DNA of 64,000 bases. Origin: Candidatus Babeliales bacterium (GTDB lineage Bacteria; Babelota; Babeliae; Babelales; JANWKD01). The notes beneath the pieces are model-generated. The model saw only the letters and a list, made by a program, of their open reading frames with translations. It was not told where the DNA came from and did not search any database. Position numbers and translations under genes: made by a program. The stretch lies in the NCBI GenBank assembly GCA_963701665.1, contig OY969622.1:320001-384000 (forward strand), in the 5' to 3' direction. Positions 59,048-64,000 of the stretch are shown one piece after another (positions within the stretch are counted from its first letter, which is position 1; the number at the start of each line of letters is the position of its first letter).

Positions 59048-59944
59048 ATGAAGAAATTACAGAATCTGTTTATTATTACTCTATTGTGCGTTAGTAGCCA
59101 TGCTGCACAACATGATATTCCGACGGTTGATTTTAGAACTTCAATGAAAATTGATGCATATCCTAATATATTAAAAAATGAGTACTATAAAAAATTGTTC
59201 ACCTATTTAGAATTATTATATGGTTTGTTTGCACCTGAACATTGTATTCCTTTTGAAAAACCACTCATCCGTAATAAATTTCACTGGATTTGGCTAGGTG
59301 GACCGAATCCAGAACGGCATGAATTGCCTGAAAAGTATCGCGCGTATCAACAAACATGGTTAGATATGCATCCAGATTGGGAATTTTATGTTTGGACCGA
59401 AGCAGATATTGAAACATTTCGTTTTATTAATCGAAGCTTATTTGATAATGCGATGAATTACGGAGAGCAGTCTGATATTTGGCGCTATGAAATTTTATAT
59501 CAAGAAGGTGGTGTGTATCTTGATATTGATGAAGAGTGTTTAAAGAGGATCGATGACTTTAATCATATGTATCATTTTTATATTGGTATCCAACCTCTTG
59601 ATACCCATAATGTACAATTGGGTATTGGCATTATTGGTTCAATCGCGCGGCACCCGATTTTGAAGGAATGCATTGAGCAATTACCATTAACTCCAAAAAC
59701 AAAAAAGACTGTCGCTGTAACTGGGCCTATTTTCTTTACTAAAATATTTACAAGAAAAGCTGGTCAAACTGGTTTACGTGATATTGCACTTCCTCCTTCC
59801 TATTTTTATCCATGCGATTATGAACAAAAAGGTATGCCGAGCGAACTATGGTGTAAGCCAGAATCATATGCAGTGCATCATTGGGCCGGGAGTTGGCTTG
59901 CCCCAGAAGCTCTGTGTCCATTAGCAAGGAGAGAAGGATTGTGA
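59048..59944 (+). CDS. GT32 glycosyltransferase
   Basis: HWIWLG, SDIWRYEIL...GGVYLDID, TGP and HHWAGSW motifs. Confidence 0.9.
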   Translation: MKKLQNLFIITLLCVSSHAAQHDIPTVDFRTSMKIDAYPNILKNEYYKKLFTYLELLYGLFAPEHCIPFEKPLIRNKFHWIWLGGPNPERHELPEKYRAYQQTWLDMHPDWEFYVWTEADIETFRFINRSLFDNAMNYGEQSDIWRYEILYQEGGVYLDIDEECLKRIDDFNHMYHFYIGIQPLDTHNVQLGIGIIGSIARHPILKECIEQLPLTPKTKKTVAVTGPIFFTKIFTRKAGQTGLRDIALPPSYFYPCDYEQKGMPSELWCKPESYAVHHWAGSWLAPEALCPLARREGL

Positions 59945-61602
59945 AAAAAATTTTCTTTAGTTTATTTTTATTTGCTCAATGTTTTTTACCCTCACTTCTA
60001 GCTCTTGAGGAACAAAAGATAGTAGTTGTTATACCTTCGTATAATAATAAGGAATGGGCAGAACGAAATATCGTATCATGTTTGTCTCAGAAGTATGACA
60101 ATTATACTGTTTTGTATTATGTCGACTGTTCCGATGACGGTTCGTATGAATGTATCCAAGAACTTTTGGCACTCTATGACACAGATCATCGTGTAACTCT
60201 CATTCATAATGATATCCGTAAAGGGGCTTTAGCAAATCATTGGGATGCTGTTCATCGCTGTGATGATACTACGATAATTGTACATTGCGATGGTGATGAT
60301 TGGTTGGCCCATAATGAAGTACTGCAACGTGTTAATGAGGTATATGCCGATCCTGAAGTATGGGTTACCTACGGACAATATAGAGAATATCCCGCAAATA
60401 CCCTTGGCCATTGTAGAAGTTTACCATCGCGGGTAATAGAGCAGAATATCTGGCGTTATCTATCATTACCATTACCCACAACGCACCTTAGAACATTTAG
60501 AGCATGTCTGTTTAAACAAATTTTGTTACAAGATCTCATTCACAATGGGACATTCTTGCCAACAGCGGGTGATATTGCCTTCTTCTGGCCGATTTTGGAG
60601 ATGGCAGGTAAACATGTCAGATTCATACATGAAGTTTTGTACGCTTATAATATTGATACTGATATTAATGATTTCAAAGTTCGCCTTGAACAACAACTTT
60701 TTTATTTCAATTTTTTACGCAAAAAAAAGTGCTACGAACCTTTAGCAGAGTTGCCACTAACAAAGAGTACGCAAAAAAATGCACAAGCAGATATTGTTAT
60801 CTTTTCATATAATCGTCCCTTGCAACTCTATGCTTTTTTAGAATCACTTTTTTATTACGTAAAAAATATTGGTACTGTAACGATACTCTGTCGCGCAGAT
60901 AATCAACAATATTCTGATGCCTATACTGAGGTTAGTAAAAACTTTCCTTCAGTTACGTTTGTTATGCAACCTGCACAATTTCCCCAACGTGATTTTAAGA
61001 AAAACCTCATGGATATCATTGAGAACAGTCCAAATGAATATATACTTTTTTCCGTTGATGATATTATTGTGAAAGATGTTTGTGATTTGCAAGAATGCAT
61101 CGATGCACTGCAAAAAACTCACGCCTACGGCTTCTATCTTCGTCTTGGTAAAAATATTACTCAGTGCTATATGCTGAGACGTTCCCATGTGCTTCCATTA
61201 CTCATGCCAATTTCTCAGAATATTTTTGCTTGGCAATTCAAGGATGGATCTTACGATTGGCGTTACCCAAACACTGTTGATATGACGGTATATAAAAAAG
61301 AAACCATTATCGATGCTTTGCGCAAGCTTGATTACACGAACCCAAGTAATCTTGAAGGAAATTGGTTTATTCCTGAATATGTTGACTACGAAAAGGTTGG
61401 TTTGTGTTACGAAACTTCAAAAATCGTCAATGTTCCTTTGAACGTTGTGCAAAAAGAACGCGCCAATGCGCACATGAATATTACGACGGAATATCTTTTA
61501 CAGCTCTTTAACGAGGGTCTAAAAATTGATATAACACCTTTGCATACGTTTGCTAATCAATCTCCTCACGCAGAATATAATTTCTCATTGATCGCTCGGT
61601 AA
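59941..61602 (+). CDS. GT2-family glycosyltransferase with a second GT-A-like domain
   Basis: VVIPSYN, DCSDDG and DGDDWL; second domain has IFSYNRP and F.VDD. GTG start overlaps the upstream stop. Confidence 0.88.
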   Translation: MKKIFFSLFLFAQCFLPSLLALEEQKIVVVIPSYNNKEWAERNIVSCLSQKYDNYTVLYYVDCSDDGSYECIQELLALYDTDHRVTLIHNDIRKGALANHWDAVHRCDDTTIIVHCDGDDWLAHNEVLQRVNEVYADPEVWVTYGQYREYPANTLGHCRSLPSRVIEQNIWRYLSLPLPTTHLRTFRACLFKQILLQDLIHNGTFLPTAGDIAFFWPILEMAGKHVRFIHEVLYAYNIDTDINDFKVRLEQQLFYFNFLRKKKCYEPLAELPLTKSTQKNAQADIVIFSYNRPLQLYAFLESLFYYVKNIGTVTILCRADNQQYSDAYTEVSKNFPSVTFVMQPAQFPQRDFKKNLMDIIENSPNEYILFSVDDIIVKDVCDLQECIDALQKTHAYGFYLRLGKNITQCYMLRRSHVLPLLMPISQNIFAWQFKDGSYDWRYPNTVDMTVYKKETIIDALRKLDYTNPSNLEGNWFIPEYVDYEKVGLCYETSKIVNVPLNVVQKERANAHMNITTEYLLQLFNEGLKIDITPLHTFANQSPHAEYNFSLIAR

Positions 61603-61610
61603 ATTTCATC

Positions 61611-62693
61611 ATGAAAAAATTATTATGGTTCAGCGTAGGTTTTGTAGGATTATTGCAAGCGGCAAGCATTCAGCTTGTGCCGCTTTCAGGGAGTAATAAT
61701 CCTGCTCACTTTTTTGATCGCAATGCACGCGATGATTGTATGAAAGCAGTATGTGATTTGAAAGTTGCTCTTTCCAAATTTGGCTATGAATTACAAGCAA
61801 CCACATTGGAGCAAGCATTTCAAAATAAAGATAAGACCATAGTTTTTGATGCGCCGTGTACTTTTAGTGAAGGCCATGATCCTTCAAACTGGTTTTTATT
61901 TTTATGGGAGCCGCCAACAGTTATCATGCAAACGTATAATCCTTATTATCATAGTTATTTTTCAAAAGTATTTACCTTATTTGACAAATTATACACATCA
62001 AACCAAGTTAAATTTTATTTTCCTCAGCCTTCGTTGAAAATGATTGAAGAGTTAGTCCCCTTTAAACAAAAAAAGTTATGTACTCTTATTGCTTGCAATA
62101 AGTGTTCTCCACATCCTTGGGAATTGTATTCTCATCGTGCAGGGGTGATTAGTTATTTTGAATCGAATGCACCGGAAGAATTTGATTTTTATGGTATTGG
62201 ATGGGATTCTCAAAAGTTTAAAACATACAAGGGCGCCGTTGATCATAAAGTTCCTTACTTAAAGAAATATAAGTTTTCTTTTTGTTACGAAAATATGCTC
62301 AACGATGCTGGCTACATTACGGAGAAAATTTTTGATTCATTTGTGGCAGGTTGTGTGCCCATTTATTTAGGAGCGGTGAATATTAGTTCATATATACCTG
62401 ATAATTGTTTCATAGCACGCGAGAAATTTTCTAGCCTATCTCAGCTCCATGATTTTTTGAAAAACATGACTGAGGAAGATTATAACACCTATCTAGAAAA
62501 TATTCGTATCTTTTTAAGCAGTAAAGAAGCGTTTCTTTTTTCCATTGAATTTTTTATTGATTTGGTGATCGAAATGCTTATTCCTGGCTATGATCAGTCA
62601 GTATTGTTTTCTCAAGAACAACGCGAAAAAATAAATCAAAGTAAAAAAATCTATGCAAAAAGGCATGACACCATTTCGGTGGCATGCCTTTAG
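61611..62693 (+). CDS. GT10 (alpha-1,3-fucosyltransferase-like) glycosyltransferase
   Basis: YKFSFCYEN...GYITEKIFD...GCVPIYLG motif. Confidence 0.9.
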   Translation: MKKLLWFSVGFVGLLQAASIQLVPLSGSNNPAHFFDRNARDDCMKAVCDLKVALSKFGYELQATTLEQAFQNKDKTIVFDAPCTFSEGHDPSNWFLFLWEPPTVIMQTYNPYYHSYFSKVFTLFDKLYTSNQVKFYFPQPSLKMIEELVPFKQKKLCTLIACNKCSPHPWELYSHRAGVISYFESNAPEEFDFYGIGWDSQKFKTYKGAVDHKVPYLKKYKFSFCYENMLNDAGYITEKIFDSFVAGCVPIYLGAVNISSYIPDNCFIAREKFSSLSQLHDFLKNMTEEDYNTYLENIRIFLSSKEAFLFSIEFFIDLVIEMLIPGYDQSVLFSQEQREKINQSKKIYAKRHDTISVACL

Positions 62694-62695
62694 AT

Positions 62696-64000
62696 TTAAT
62701 CTTGTTGATGTTGCACTAAAACGCGTGTCCAAAGAATCATCATAAGTATGATTAAAATAATGCCTAAAATCCCGCCAATGCGTGCACCATAGTATGCATT
62801 AAAAATTGCTTCTTGCGCGGTTGTTAGTATAAAGTAACTGCCAATAACAACTGGTAAAAGAACTTTATCGAATCGCAGTAGTAAGTCGTACGCACAATAA
62901 AATAATCCACCTAAAATAGTTCCTGCTATGAGACACTTTAAGAGTGTCGTTGATTCAATAGAATGTCCCATAGAGAGAATGCCGAATGTTAGGGAAAGCC
63001 CAATGAATAAGATCTTATTTCTTTTCCACCCGTTCGTTAAAACATCACTTGCTAATACGAGTGTCATAAAAGCAGTGGCAGCTTCAATATATGATGTTAG
63101 CACACTGAGTGCAGCACTTAAAAAAGGCAGAAAGGCACTCGCTGCTGCAAAATCTGCAACGCGCGGAATCAAAGATGGACTAAAATACGCGCCGAGTGCC
63201 GATAAACTTGCGGGTATAACACCAATGCTCAATGCTGTAAGAACGCGTGTAACAAAATTATTCTTAAATTGTGGAGAAATAGTGCAAATGTCGACAATGG
63301 ATGCTACTAAGAGTGCAATAGCTGTTGATTGTGCGAGTGCAACGACAAACCATAAAAGAATAGTTTGCCAGAGTTGATGACTAAATGGCTCGATCGTTGT
63401 GAAATGTATAGCTAAGCTAGGCCACATATTTAAGACTTGGATGCCTGATTTGATAAAAAGAATGCCAAAGAATAGTAAAAACGTGCGCATCGAGAAATAA
63501 CGAAAGTTATTGTAAAATCCAAGTAAAACGAGTGCACCAATAAGAAGGAGCGCAAGTAAGAAGTCGCATACCATTTTGATGATAGCTTTCTGTGTTCTTT
63601 CTTCTGTGTATGAGCGTTTCCAAGTTTCTGGGACAAAAATAGAACGGTAGGCATCACTGATGGTGTTGCCCGCTAAACTGATGGTAATGCGTTGTTGCCC
63701 ACCTTCATGTAAATCAGCAATTAAAGGGACTTTAAAAATAAATGTCCAATCTGTTCTATGAGGAAGTTTTTTAGGTGAGGCTGAAATTTCAACCATATCT
63801 TTTGGATTGAGGGCAAATTCTTGCTGAAGAACTTCGTGAGCTTTTTTGCGAGCTTGTTGCAAGGTGAATGATGGCAGTGCTGCATCTTCTGCGAGGATAT
63901 GCCTTTTTTCAAGAGCTGCTTGATCATTGTGTACTATGATTTGATATTCTTCAGCGCGCTGCGTTACATCACCATTGAAATGCACAAGACGCACAAACCA
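62696..64000 (-). CDS. Multi-pass membrane protein, C-terminal part (start outside the window)
   Basis: Open frame to the window edge; soluble domain followed by about 9 TM segments. Confidence 0.75.
   Translation of the reverse strand, partial: WFVRLVHFNGDVTQRAEEYQIIVHNDQAALEKRHILAEDAALPSFTLQQARKKAHEVLQQEFALNPKDMVEISASPKKLPHRTDWTFIFKVPLIADLHEGGQQRITISLAGNTISDAYRSIFVPETWKRSYTEERTQKAIIKMVCDFLLALLLIGALVLLGFYNNFRYFSMRTFLLFFGILFIKSGIQVLNMWPSLAIHFTTIEPFSHQLWQTILLWFVVALAQSTAIALLVASIVDICTISPQFKNNFVTRVLTALSIGVIPASLSALGAYFSPSLIPRVADFAAASAFLPFLSAALSVLTSYIEAATAFMTLVLASDVLTNGWKRNKILFIGLSLTFGILSMGHSIESTTLLKCLIAGTILGGLFYCAYDLLLRFDKVLLPVVIGSYFILTTAQEAIFNAYYGARIGGILGIILIILMMILWTRVLVQHQQD

Overview
This is an AT-rich bacterial chromosomal window. 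The gene content and the many signal-peptide-bearing orphan proteins suggest Candidatus Dependentiae/Babelota (TM6), an intracellular parasite of protists; this is an inference and the 16S sequence was not searched. The housekeeping content is leuS (partial), arfB, a partial atp operon (atpE-F'-F-H-A), prfB, a complete 16S-tRNA(Ile)-tRNA(Ala)-23S-5S operon and tRNA-Arg(TCT). Accessory content includes effector-like genes (cPLA2-type phospholipase, DUF4804 macrodomain, ankyrin, FG-GAP propeller) and a glycosyltransferase cluster. The most striking region is 27.5-38.5 kb. A ~7.6 kb integrative element (large serine recombinase, rolling-circle-type Rep, Fic, RelE/HTH toxin-antitoxin pair, cargo) sits in the CCA end of tRNA-Arg. 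Its attachment core (TGGTGT) lies inside the recombinase gene, and what appears to be the severed in-frame C-terminal tail lies at the far end of the island. Two further decayed copies of that tail follow. Beyond the island is a GIY-YIG gene bracketed by palindromic repeats, and a close copy of one repeat abuts the CCA of tRNA-Ala in the rRNA spacer. The window also contains REP-like elements with nested mobile hairpin modules (one split by an IS481) and a candidate Leu-rich attenuator leader upstream of leuS.
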